From: Candidatus Doudnabacteria bacterium
Lineage (GTDB): Bacteria > Patescibacteriota > Doudnabacteria > UBA920
Reading direction: 5' to 3'
Assembly (NCBI GenBank): GCA_031291995.1
Contig: JARLHZ010000022.1
Location: 11,330-75,329, forward strand
DNA: 64,000 nucleotides
The position numbers and the translations under genes were made by a program. Below the pieces are notes generated by a model, which worked only from the letters and a program-made list of their open reading frames with translations, was not told the DNA's origin and did no database searches. Position 1 is the first letter of the stretch. Every line of letters begins with the position of its first letter. Below, one piece after another: positions 27,474 to 36,782 of the stretch.

Positions 27474-28424
27474 ATGACAAATCCGAGTACTCCTCCCATA
27501 TTAAGTATTTGCATACCGACTTTTTCCCGCTCTCATTTTCTGCGGGAATGCCTGGACAGTATTACCGCGCAGTTTTCGGACGAGGCTATCCGTTCGGTTG
27601 TGGAAATCGCGGTTTCCGACAACGCGAGTACGGACGATACCGAAGCGGTGGTAAAGAGTTACCAAAAAAAATATCCCAACATCCGTTACAGCCGTAATGC
27701 CGAAAATTTGGGTTTTGACCGCAACGTGGCTGCGGCGCTTGCGCTTGGTGGTGGCAGGTTTTTATGGCTGATGAGCGATGATGAAATGCTGGCGCCGGAG
27801 GCTTTAAAATTTATTTTGCCTTTGCTGCTGGGGCATCCGCAAGTGGCTTATTTTTGCGTCAACCACGGCGGCCTGCCGCGGGACACGGAATTTGAGGTCT
27901 TTTCGGATGGCAGCGCCTGGCTGGATAGTTTGGGTTTGACCGGCGGTTTAATTTCGCAGAATATTTACAACCGGGATTTTTTGCCGGCAGATATCTCCCG
28001 GTATTACGGCAATTACTGGATACATTATTCGCTGGCGTTTGAAGTTATGGCCGCGCATCCGGCCATGCTGGTAAAAAAATTATTTTTGGATCCGCCACAA
28101 GAGCGTGAGTGCGGCTGGGCGGAAGGCGGGCACGCCCTGACTGTTTATAACAGTTTAAATGCCATCTTAAAAGGTTTGCCGGCTTTAGGTTACCGGCCAT
28201 CGGCCGTGCGCCGCCGGCTGCGGGATATGGCCAAAGGGCTGGCGAGGCAGGTTGCTTCCTCTAAAATACACAATTTAAAAATTTCCGCGGCTGTTTTTAA
28301 AAAACTTTGCCGCGATTATGGGGCATATCCCTGGTGGCTGCTGCCGGCGCTGGCGGTTTATTTATGCCCCAACGCCTGGCTGCGGCCGTTGCGGGGTGCC
28401 GTAAAAGCCGCCGGGGTAATTTGA
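27474..28424 (+). CDS. GT2 glycosyltransferase (abequosyltransferase RfbV-like)
   Basis: LSICIPTFSR, VSDNASTD, NLGFDRN, WLMSDDE. Confidence 0.85.
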   Translation: MTNPSTPPILSICIPTFSRSHFLRECLDSITAQFSDEAIRSVVEIAVSDNASTDDTEAVVKSYQKKYPNIRYSRNAENLGFDRNVAAALALGGGRFLWLMSDDEMLAPEALKFILPLLLGHPQVAYFCVNHGGLPRDTEFEVFSDGSAWLDSLGLTGGLISQNIYNRDFLPADISRYYGNYWIHYSLAFEVMAAHPAMLVKKLFLDPPQERECGWAEGGHALTVYNSLNAILKGLPALGYRPSAVRRRLRDMAKGLARQVASSKIHNLKISAAVFKKLCRDYGAYPWWLLPALAVYLCPNAWLRPLRGAVKAAGVI

Positions 28425-28443
28425 TCATTATACAGTTTGCTAT

Positions 28444-29493
28444 ATGGTGCCAAAAAAATTAGTAGTCTTGGATTTTGACGAGCCGCGCCTGCTGGAGAAT
28501 AAGATTTTCAATCCGGCGGAAGCCATAAAAGTCAGCCATACTATTTTGCCGACTTGTTATTTGCAGCGCCAAGCCGCGTTGCTGGGCATTGCTATGGTGA
28601 CCCCCGACGTCTACCTGCGCGGCCGTCCGCTTCCGGCTTTAATGCTGTCCCACCTGCATACCTCCTGGACCAAACGGCTGATTGGCGCCGGCGCCCGCCC
28701 GATAATTTTGACCTGCCAGGAGTCGCCGTTCATTGCCACGCGGTTTTACGCTAACTTAAAAAATTACAGCGGACTATATAAACATTCCTTTGTGTTCGCG
28801 GGAATGAGAAAAAGGTTGTCGTCGAAAACCCAGTATCGCCAGATGTTTTTCCCCCAGGCCTATAACCCGGCGGTTATTGCGGAAGTGCCGTTCGGACAAA
28901 GAAAATTTTTGACAATGATCAGCGGCAATAAGCGGATGGGCAATTGGAAAAAAACTTTGCTGATAAAATTCATGTATGGCTGGGGTATAAAAGAAATTTA
29001 CTCATTGCGCCAGCGCGTAATTAATTTGATGGCCACCCGCGGGGGTTTTGACCTGTATGGCGTTGGCTGGGACAGGGGCGGCTTAAATCCGGGCGACACG
29101 TCCAATATAAAAAAAGTTTATCGGGGTAAAGTGGACGACAAAACCGAAACACTGCGGCAATACAAGTTCGCTTTTTGTTTTGAAAACAGCGTTTTTCCCG
29201 GCTACGTCACGGAAAAAATTTTTGACGTGATGTTCGCCGGCTGCGTGCCGGTGTATAACGGCGCGCCGGACATTAAAAATTTTGTGCCGGCCGGCGCCTT
29301 TATTGACGTCCGCGATTTTTCCGGCCTGGACCGGCTGGCGGAGTTTTTGGAAAATATGGACGAATCCGTTTATAATAGATATATGGCAAACATAAAAAAA
29401 TATTTGGCTTCGCCGGAGTTTTTAAAATTTTCCCAGGAAAATTTTGCTGAAAATATTTTGGGGATTTTGGAACAGGAGTTCAATAATGAGTAA
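28444..29493 (+). CDS. GT10 alpha-1,3-fucosyltransferase-like
   Basis: YKFAFCFENSVFPGYVTEKIFD...GCVPVYNG motif. Confidence 0.85.
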   Translation: MVPKKLVVLDFDEPRLLENKIFNPAEAIKVSHTILPTCYLQRQAALLGIAMVTPDVYLRGRPLPALMLSHLHTSWTKRLIGAGARPIILTCQESPFIATRFYANLKNYSGLYKHSFVFAGMRKRLSSKTQYRQMFFPQAYNPAVIAEVPFGQRKFLTMISGNKRMGNWKKTLLIKFMYGWGIKEIYSLRQRVINLMATRGGFDLYGVGWDRGGLNPGDTSNIKKVYRGKVDDKTETLRQYKFAFCFENSVFPGYVTEKIFDVMFAGCVPVYNGAPDIKNFVPAGAFIDVRDFSGLDRLAEFLENMDESVYNRYMANIKKYLASPEFLKFSQENFAENILGILEQEFNNE

Positions 29494-30412
29494 AGTCACC
29501 ATTGCCGTCCCGACATACAACCGGCCGGAATTTCTGGCGGAAAGCCTTAGGAGTATTCTCAATCAGGCATTCCAGGATTTTGAAATAATTATTTTTGATA
29601 ACCACAGCGATTACGACGTACGGGCCGCCCTGAAAGCGAAGGCGCTGGACGACCCGCGCATCAGCCTGATCCAAACTCCGGTTAACCTGGGCGGCCCGGA
29701 AAATTTCCACCGAATTTTTCGCCAACGGTACGCTTCCGAATATGTCATGGTCTTCCACGACGATGACACCATGCACCCCGAACTGCTCTCGCGCCAGCTG
29801 AAAGTTATGGAGTCGCGCGCGGACGCGATTTGGGCCGGCACGGATTTGCGTTTTGTCCATCGCGGCGCGCGGATGGGAATTTTTGCGGAGGCGGGGCCGG
29901 AGATAAAATTTGGCGTTTATGATAAAGTCGGAATCGTGCGTCTGCTGCTGACTAATTTTAACCTGGCATTTGACACTGTGTTATATCGCAGCAGGTACCT
30001 GGAAGATATTGAGCCTTTCAACCGTGACTTTTCCAAGTGGGGGGACAGGCCGTACCTGGTTCGTTTGGCGGAAAAAGGCTCCGTAGTTGTACTTAAGGAG
30101 AGGCTGGTAAATTACCGGATGCATCCCGGCCAGGATTCCAAGCTGGCGCCGGTTGGCCAAGCAGATTTTATTTTTAAGCTTTATGGATTTTATCGCGACA
30201 ATCTTCCGCAGCCTTTACTGCCGGTGGACGAAAAATTATTCAGATCCTGGGCGGCAAACAACAGCGTACTGCCGGCGGCGGCCTTCGTAAAAAATTTTCA
30301 TGATTACCGAAAATTACTGTGGCAATTTAAAGACAAGGGTTTTTTTGATTACCGATACATTAATGCCCGGGGAATTTGGTATTTTTTAAAAGCGATTAAA
30401 AAATTCATCTGA
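29486..30412 (+). CDS. GT2 glycosyltransferase
   Basis: VTIAVPTYNRP, IIFDNHS, FHDDD, YRMHPGQ. Confidence 0.88.
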   Translation: MSKVTIAVPTYNRPEFLAESLRSILNQAFQDFEIIIFDNHSDYDVRAALKAKALDDPRISLIQTPVNLGGPENFHRIFRQRYASEYVMVFHDDDTMHPELLSRQLKVMESRADAIWAGTDLRFVHRGARMGIFAEAGPEIKFGVYDKVGIVRLLLTNFNLAFDTVLYRSRYLEDIEPFNRDFSKWGDRPYLVRLAEKGSVVVLKERLVNYRMHPGQDSKLAPVGQADFIFKLYGFYRDNLPQPLLPVDEKLFRSWAANNSVLPAAAFVKNFHDYRKLLWQFKDKGFFDYRYINARGIWYFLKAIKKFI

Positions 30413-30420
30413 AATAAACT

Positions 30421-31356
30421 ATGCTGCCTCCGACAAAAGTGTTATTAAAGGGTCTGGCCACGTTTATCCCCGGCGCTTACGCGCTGTTTTCTAAAGGCAC
30501 GGGCGGCACGGGCTCGGCGCGGTATTGTTACAGTGTCTGGCTGAGGCATTTGGTGCTGGCAAAAAAATCCGGGCGTTTAAACCGGTTCCCGTCAGTCATA
30601 GCCGAATTAGGGCCGGGCGATTCTTTGGGTATCGGTTTGGCGGCGCTGTTGTCTGGCGCCGATAAATATTATGGCTTGGACGTGGTGAGGCATACCGACA
30701 CCCGAACCAATTTAAAAATTTTTGAACAATTAATTGAATTGTTCAAGCGGCAAGCCCCAATTCCCGACAGCCGGGAATTTCCCAACATTTATCCTTTATT
30801 GGATAATTATGAATTCCCGTCGGATATTTTAACCGTCGAGCTGCTGCAAAAAACGCTCGCGGCGGAGCGTTTGTGGCAGTTGCGGAAGGATATAGAAGCG
30901 TCAAGCGAAAAATTTATTGCTTATTTTGTGCCTTGGGATGACGCCAAAGTCATCAAACCTAATTCCGTGGATTTTATTTATTCCCAATTCGTCCTGGAGC
31001 ACGTCAATAGCCTGGAACTGACCTACGGGTCTTTAAACCGGTGGCTCAAGCCCGGCGGCTTAATGTCCCATATGGTGGATTTTCGCTGTCACGGCACGGC
31101 CACAAAGTGGAACGGGCAGTGGGCGTACTCCGATTTTATGTGGAAATTAATTAAGGGTGGCCGGCCGTTTTTATTAAACCGGCAACCGGCATCGGCGCAC
31201 ATTCAATTGTTGGAAAAATTCGGGTTTAACATCATCAACAGCTTAAAGTTTACGTCCAATGACGGGATAGCGCGCGCTAATCTGTCCGCGGCTTTCAAAA
31301 ATTTGGCAGACGACGATTTAAAGACCTGGGGGTTGTTTGTCCAAGCCACAAAGTAA
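30421..31356 (+). CDS. Class I SAM-dependent methyltransferase
   Basis: AELGPGDSLG, DFIYSQFVLEHV, LKPGGLMSH. Confidence 0.8.
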   Translation: MLPPTKVLLKGLATFIPGAYALFSKGTGGTGSARYCYSVWLRHLVLAKKSGRLNRFPSVIAELGPGDSLGIGLAALLSGADKYYGLDVVRHTDTRTNLKIFEQLIELFKRQAPIPDSREFPNIYPLLDNYEFPSDILTVELLQKTLAAERLWQLRKDIEASSEKFIAYFVPWDDAKVIKPNSVDFIYSQFVLEHVNSLELTYGSLNRWLKPGGLMSHMVDFRCHGTATKWNGQWAYSDFMWKLIKGGRPFLLNRQPASAHIQLLEKFGFNIINSLKFTSNDGIARANLSAAFKNLADDDLKTWGLFVQATK

Positions 31357-31359
31357 TTT

Positions 31360-32385
31360 ATGATTAATATCATTTCCAAAAGTTATTGCAGCCGGCTGGT
31401 TTCTGGGCCGAAGAAGGTTGTGGATAATTTAATTAAGGGCCTGGATTTAATCGGCTACCCGTATGTCGTCAATCGCCGACTGGATGCTTGCCGGAGATTA
31501 TGGATCCACGATGACGCCGCGGCCCTGAAAAAAATCAATAAACTGCCCGGCAATATTAAAGTTGTCCTTGGGCCGAATTTATTTGTTTTGCCCCGCCAGA
31601 TCCCGCCGGACATTAACCTGTCAGCTGCGGTGTACCTGCAGCCTTCAGACTGGGTCAGGAATTTTTGGAAAGAGTTTGGCTTTAATAAGTGCCCGATCGC
31701 GGTTTGGCCTGCCGGCATAGATACCGCGGAGTTTTCGCCGGTGCCGGCTCATAAGCGGCAAGTCATTCTTTATTATAAGCAGCGCCAGGCCGGGGAATTA
31801 GCTCAAGTAAAACGGGCTTTGAGCAGTAAAAATATCGGCTACCATGTGTTATACTATGGTAAATACTCGGAGAAAGATTATAAGAGACATTTGGCCTCCG
31901 CGCGCTATATGGTCTGGCTGGGCAGGCAGGAAAGCCAGGGTATAGCCCTGGAAGAGGCCTTGTCGGCGGATGTTCCTGTTATAGTATGCGACGTGAAAAA
32001 TTTGGGACACTGGTCGGCCAGCCAAAAAGAGATGGCGGTATTTAATCAGGGTGAAAACGCTTATGCGGGCGTCACCAGCTGTCCTTACTTTGACGCTTCC
32101 TGTGGCGTACAAATTAAAGATTTGGACGGCCTTGACCAGGCTTTGGAAGATATGGAAGCGGGGTGGAAAAATTTTCAGCCGCGGCGGTATGTATTAAACA
32201 ATCTAAGCTTGGAAAAACAGGCCAGGGATTTTGTCGGGATTTTCGGCAAATATTTTGGGTTGAGCTATGAAGATGGGCTTAAAGAAAGGTTGTTAAAAAA
32301 AGGGGATTGGGTTAATTCTTATCCGCTGGCCCGGGTTAAATTTTTTGTTAAAGATTTTACAAAGGGCTTCAATAATTTTAAATAA
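31360..32385 (+). CDS. GT-B (GT4-like) glycosyltransferase
   Basis: GPKKVVDNL, WPAGIDT, ESQGIALEEALSADVPV. Confidence 0.75.
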   Translation: MINIISKSYCSRLVSGPKKVVDNLIKGLDLIGYPYVVNRRLDACRRLWIHDDAAALKKINKLPGNIKVVLGPNLFVLPRQIPPDINLSAAVYLQPSDWVRNFWKEFGFNKCPIAVWPAGIDTAEFSPVPAHKRQVILYYKQRQAGELAQVKRALSSKNIGYHVLYYGKYSEKDYKRHLASARYMVWLGRQESQGIALEEALSADVPVIVCDVKNLGHWSASQKEMAVFNQGENAYAGVTSCPYFDASCGVQIKDLDGLDQALEDMEAGWKNFQPRRYVLNNLSLEKQARDFVGIFGKYFGLSYEDGLKERLLKKGDWVNSYPLARVKFFVKDFTKGFNNFK

Positions 32386-32393
32386 TCGGAACG

Positions 32394-32642
32394 ATGATGG
32401 CTCTGAAACATTACATTTCCATTGCCCGGCCTAACCATTGGTTTAAAAATATTTTTATTTTGCCCGGGGTCATTTTGGCGACACTGCTGACCCATAAGTC
32501 CTGGCAGGAGGTTATTTTTAATTTATTTGTCGGTTTTTTGGTGGCATGTTTAATCGCTTCGGCAAATTATACCATTAACGAATGGCTGGATGCGGAGTTT
32601 GACCGGTATCATCCTTTAAGAGAGTTAATATCCCAATGGTGA
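32394..32642 (+). pseudogene. Truncated UbiA-family (decaprenyl-phosphate phosphoribosyltransferase-like) prenyltransferase
   Basis: ARPNHWFKN...SANYTINEWLDAEFDRYHP, then ends; the family is normally about 290 aa. Confidence 0.8.
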
Positions 32643-33367
32643 AAAAGACCTTGAAAAAAATTTGGCGGATGGTTTTGAACGCGTTAAGCGGCGCATTTTG
32701 GTATAGCAGAGATTTAATCCGCTACCGTCGGATTTTACGGCCTGCCGGGGATGCATTTTATTTGTTTCCTCGGATTTTTGACAAAAATCCTTCCTCCCAT
32801 ACTTTTGACAAACATTACGTTTATATGGATAGGTGGGCTTTTAAACATATAATGTCGGCCAGGCCGGCGGAACATGTGGACATTGGTTCTTCCATCCGGT
32901 TTTTATCTATGGCCAGTACCGTGGTCAAGTTGAAGTTTGTAGACATCAGACCGGTTCATTTGGATTTTGACAATTTTGAATGCATAGAAGGAAGTATTTT
33001 AAAACTGCCGTTTGCCGACAATTCCGTAGCGTCTTTATCCTGTCTGCACGTGGCGGAACACATCGGTCTTGGACGCTATGGCGACCCGCTTGACGTTGAT
33101 GGAACAAAAAATGCCTGCCGGGAACTGGCGCGAGTGTTATCGCCGGGAGGAAAATTATATTTTGCTTTACCGGTTGGCAAATCGGCAATTTATTTTAACG
33201 CGCACCGCGTGCATAGTCCGCAAACAATAGTTGAGTACTTTTCGGGCCTTAAGTTATTGAGTTTTGCCGCAGTCAATGATGCCGGGCATTTTATAGCGCA
33301 AGCTAAAACCCAGGATTTTTTAAACGCCAATTACTCCTGCGGGATGTTTGAATTCACAAAAATATAG
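32636..33367 (+). CDS. DUF268-like SAM-dependent methyltransferase
   Basis: HVDIGS, SLSCLHVAEHIGLGRYGDPLD, FNAHRV. Confidence 0.8.
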   Translation: MVKKTLKKIWRMVLNALSGAFWYSRDLIRYRRILRPAGDAFYLFPRIFDKNPSSHTFDKHYVYMDRWAFKHIMSARPAEHVDIGSSIRFLSMASTVVKLKFVDIRPVHLDFDNFECIEGSILKLPFADNSVASLSCLHVAEHIGLGRYGDPLDVDGTKNACRELARVLSPGGKLYFALPVGKSAIYFNAHRVHSPQTIVEYFSGLKLLSFAAVNDAGHFIAQAKTQDFLNANYSCGMFEFTKI

Positions 33368-33369
33368 CA

Positions 33370-33662
33370 ATGTCCATTAAGGAAAAAATTTACCAGCACT
33401 TTCGGCGGAAGACCAATACGACCAGTTTTATTCCGCAAATTGACGGGTTGAGGTTTTTAGTCATTATAATATCTCCCATTCCTACCCCCTGGATTATTTA
33501 TGGCATACTTTAGTTTTGCTTCCGGTTATCCTGATAATTTCCGCGGCCTTTTATCTGCTGATTGAGCGGCCATGCATGGATAAAGATTGGCCAACTAAAA
33601 TGTGGCATTGGTTAAAAATTTTTTTAAAGGTGCCGGTATTGCCCCGAATCAGCCAGAATTAG
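33370..33662 (+). pseudogene. Internally deleted acyltransferase-3 (OafA-like) relic
   Basis: The N-terminal FIPQIDGLRFL and the C-terminal SAAFYLLIERPCM lie in different frames only about 100 nt apart. Confidence 0.75.
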
Positions 33663-33674
33663 TAAAATAATGGA

Positions 33675-34481
33675 ATGCTAAAAAAGTTTTTAAAATTTTT
33701 ATCCGCCCCATTTTTGGGCAACAAATACCTGCAATGGTTTTATTCGGGGTTATTTTTTGTATCCTTAAAAGGCATGAATTTTGGCGGGGGCAGCAGTTAT
33801 GATGAAAGCGGCGAATCGTGGGTATTAAAAATGATGGCGCAAAAAATCTCTGAGCCGGCTATTATTTTTGACGGCGGCGCCAACCGGGGAAATTACGCCC
33901 TGATGGCCGATAAAATTTTAGGCGGACGCGGAACCGCGCCGCAAATTTACTGTTTTGAGCCTTCGGCCGAAACTTTTTCTCTTTTGGGAAAAAATCTCGG
34001 CGAACGAAAAAATATTCGGTTGATAAATCAAGGTTTGGGCGAGCGCGCAGGTTCTTTAACCCTTTACTCCAATGCTAAAGGGTCGGGCCTGGCCAGTGTT
34101 TATAATAGGGAACTTTTAGCAAGCGGCTCGGGTCCCCATTTGACCGAACAGGTCGGCATAATCAGCGTAGATGATTTTTGTACCCGTAATAAGATCGGGC
34201 ATATTGATTTGTTAAAACTGGACACAGAAGGCCACGAGTTGGCCGCTCTGCGCGGCGCGGCGCAAATGATAGCCCGGGGCGCCGTAGCCAATATCCAATT
34301 TGAGTTCGGCGGGACAGATATAGACGCCGGAGTATATTTTCGGGATTTTTACCGGCTGCTTTCGCCACGTTACCGGATTTTTCGAATTTTAAAAAATGGA
34401 CTCAGGCCGATTAATAAATATTCCGAATGGGATGAAATATTTATAACCACAAATTACTACGCAGAATTAAAAAGAAATTAG
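33675..34481 (+). CDS. FkbM-family methyltransferase
   Basis: IFDGGANRG, YCFEPS, IDLLKLDTEGHELAALRGA, IQFEFG. Confidence 0.9.
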   Translation: MLKKFLKFLSAPFLGNKYLQWFYSGLFFVSLKGMNFGGGSSYDESGESWVLKMMAQKISEPAIIFDGGANRGNYALMADKILGGRGTAPQIYCFEPSAETFSLLGKNLGERKNIRLINQGLGERAGSLTLYSNAKGSGLASVYNRELLASGSGPHLTEQVGIISVDDFCTRNKIGHIDLLKLDTEGHELAALRGAAQMIARGAVANIQFEFGGTDIDAGVYFRDFYRLLSPRYRIFRILKNGLRPINKYSEWDEIFITTNYYAELKRN

Positions 34482-34505
34482 TGTCAAAGAGCACCTTTGA
34501 CACTA
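34479..34505. repeat. REP-like singlet, family A (reverse orientation), overlapping the FkbM stop codon
   Basis: TAGTGTCAAAG-AGCAC-CTTTGACACTA. Confidence 0.9.
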
Positions 34506-34512
34506 CTGATTT

Positions 34513-35253
34513 ATGCCCAAAGTTTCCGTAAATATTTTAACCAAAAACCGCGCCGAGCGCTTAAAAAAAGCTCTGGAGTCGGTTTTGGCGCAGGGCTTTA
34601 AGGATTTTGAGGTTATTGTAGTTAATGACGGTTCTACCGATACGACCGCCGAAGTCTTAAAAAATTTTGCTTCCGTTCTGGACCTAAAAATTATCAGCCA
34701 TAACCTTTCGCTTGGTATTACTCAAAGCCGGCAGGAAGCTTTGGCGCTATCAACGGGGGATTACGTGGCTATTTTGGATGACGACGACGTTTGGCTAAAC
34801 CCCAATAAGCTAAAAAAACAGGCGGAGTTTTTGGACCACAACCCGAACTGTGTTTTAACCGGGGGCGGCATGGAAATTGACGGCGATGAAAATTCTTGTA
34901 TGGGCAAGTTCCGGCCCCAAAGCGACCGGGCCATCCGCAGTTCCATGTTGTTTAAAAACAATTTTTTTACCTCCACGGCCATGTTCCGGCGCGGGGCGGC
35001 CATACAGGCCGGGGGGTTTATCAGCCGGGGCGCGGACCTGGCCGAAGACTACGACCTCTGGCTGAGGCTGGGACTGCTCGGCCAATTTTATAATTTCCAT
35101 GAGGTATTTACCTTATACGCCAAACCGAAGTATAATAAGGAAAGGTTTAAGCGGTTTTTACAAAAGCAGCTGATGTTAATAGCAAAATACAAAAATGATT
35201 ACCCGGGCTTTTATTTAGCCAGCCTTATCCTCCGCCTCCGCTTAATTTTTTAA
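34513..35253 (+). CDS. GT2 glycosyltransferase
   Basis: PKVSVNI, VVNDGSTD, AILDDDDVW, AEDYDLWLR. Confidence 0.9.
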   Translation: MPKVSVNILTKNRAERLKKALESVLAQGFKDFEVIVVNDGSTDTTAEVLKNFASVLDLKIISHNLSLGITQSRQEALALSTGDYVAILDDDDVWLNPNKLKKQAEFLDHNPNCVLTGGGMEIDGDENSCMGKFRPQSDRAIRSSMLFKNNFFTSTAMFRRGAAIQAGGFISRGADLAEDYDLWLRLGLLGQFYNFHEVFTLYAKPKYNKERFKRFLQKQLMLIAKYKNDYPGFYLASLILRLRLIF

Positions 35254-35270
35254 ATCTCCCTCCTCGCCCC

Positions 35271-35312
35271 TAACTTTTAACTTGTCACTTGTCACTTGTA
35301 ACTTGTCACTAA
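35271..35312. repeat. Heptamer tandem repeat (T[AC]ACTTG)x6
   Basis: TAACTTT TAACTTG TCACTTG TCACTTG TAACTTG TCACTAA. Confidence 0.8.
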
Positions 35313-35317
35313 TTCCC

Positions 35318-36628
35318 ATGTCCAAACCTGCCCTCCGTTTTTGGTTAATTGTCATCCCGACCGCCGCGATTTTTTATTTGAGCCTGCAGGCGACTCTGGT
35401 TTTGCGCTATCACGGTCAGCTGGCCTACGATGCTTTGGACGCGCACTACAAAATATTCAGCATAATATTTGTCATATGGCTGCTGGTCTTTTTTATCCAC
35501 GGCCTGTTCGATGTCCGGGTGTTTCGCCGCTACTCAAGCCTATTTTTTAATTTGGTTTCGGCCATGGCGGTCAACCTGCTGCTGGCCATTATATATTTTT
35601 ATTTCCAGCCGAATTTAATTTTGACCCCCAGGCGCATTTTGTTGTTATTGGTCGGCGTCGCCTTTGTCCTTATTTTGTTATGGTATTTGCTGGTCAAGTA
35701 TATTTTTAAAAGTCGGTTGTCCGAAGGTATTTACCTGTTTTCGTTCAACAACGAACTGTCGGAATTGGAAGGGGAAATTAAGGGACATGCATTTTTGGGT
35801 TTTCGCGTGCTTGGGCATTTAAATCAGCAAAGCCTGGGGCAAATGGCGCTGGACAAAAATTCCAGCATTATTTTTCCCGATAACCTTCAGGCCAGCCCGC
35901 AAACCGCGGAACAAATGTACCAGCTGCGGACCCTGGGCGTGCGGTTTTATAACCACAAAAGTTTTTACGAGCAGCTGCTGCGCCGCATATATCTTTCCCA
36001 AATTGACGAGCTGTGGTTTTTGGAAAACATAGATTATCAGGAAAAACGGTTTTATAACCTGGCAAAACGGGCCATGGATATTATTTTGGGGGCGATAGGC
36101 CTGATTTTCTTTTTGGCAAGCCTGCCATTCTGCGCCCTGTTGATTAAGCTGGCCGACCGGAAAGGCTCAATATTTTTTGTCCAGGAGCGGGTGGGCCGCG
36201 GCGGCAAGCTGTTTAAGGTTTACAAGTACCGAACCATGAATTCCTGGGGCGTGACCAATACCTGGACTTCGGCCAACGATCCGCGCATTACCGGGGTCGG
36301 CAAATTTTTACGGAAGAGCCGTATAGACGAATGGCCGCAGTTTATAAATTTGTTGTTTGGGCACATGAGCCTGGTCGGGCCCCGTCCCGAACAGCCCCAT
36401 ATTGTGGAAGAGTTAAAAAAGCAAATCCCGTTTTACGATGAGCGTCACCTGGTTAAACCCGGTCTGACCGGCTGGGCGCAAATTAACAACATCTACGCCG
36501 CCAGCCTGGAAGAAACCAGAACCAAGCTCCAGTACGACCTCTACTATATTAAGCACCGCAGTCTGCTGTTTGATTTGGAAATAATTTTAAAAACCATCTA
36601 CTATATATTTACCTGGCAGGGGAGATAA
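35318..36628 (+). CDS. Initiating polyprenyl-phosphate sugar phosphotransferase (WbaP/WcaJ family)
   Basis: KRAMDI, FFVQERVG..KYRTM, DPRITGVGKFLRKSRIDEWPQ, MSLVGPRPE, KPGLTGWAQ. Confidence 0.93.
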   Translation: MSKPALRFWLIVIPTAAIFYLSLQATLVLRYHGQLAYDALDAHYKIFSIIFVIWLLVFFIHGLFDVRVFRRYSSLFFNLVSAMAVNLLLAIIYFYFQPNLILTPRRILLLLVGVAFVLILLWYLLVKYIFKSRLSEGIYLFSFNNELSELEGEIKGHAFLGFRVLGHLNQQSLGQMALDKNSSIIFPDNLQASPQTAEQMYQLRTLGVRFYNHKSFYEQLLRRIYLSQIDELWFLENIDYQEKRFYNLAKRAMDIILGAIGLIFFLASLPFCALLIKLADRKGSIFFVQERVGRGGKLFKVYKYRTMNSWGVTNTWTSANDPRITGVGKFLRKSRIDEWPQFINLLFGHMSLVGPRPEQPHIVEELKKQIPFYDERHLVKPGLTGWAQINNIYAASLEETRTKLQYDLYYIKHRSLLFDLEIILKTIYYIFTWQGR

Positions 36629-36629
36629 C

Positions 36630-36779
36630 GTAGTAATCGCAAAGATACGAATCTTAATTAATATACAAAACCGTCAGTTGTAGGCAAGTCGGGATAGAAA
36701 AGATAACTTACAGTGTACGGCTTCGTATATTAATATTAATTTGTATATTCGCGATTACTCGTATATTCGCGATTACTAC
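36630..36779. repeat. 150-bp element with long imperfect terminal inverted repeats beginning GTAG
   Basis: Left arm GTAGTAATCGCAAAGATACGAATCTTAATTAATATACAAAACCGT; right arm (reverse complement) GTAGTAATCGCGAATATAC...ATTAATATACGAAGCCGT; 18-bp internal duplication in the right arm. Confidence 0.75.
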
Positions 36780-36782
36780 TAT

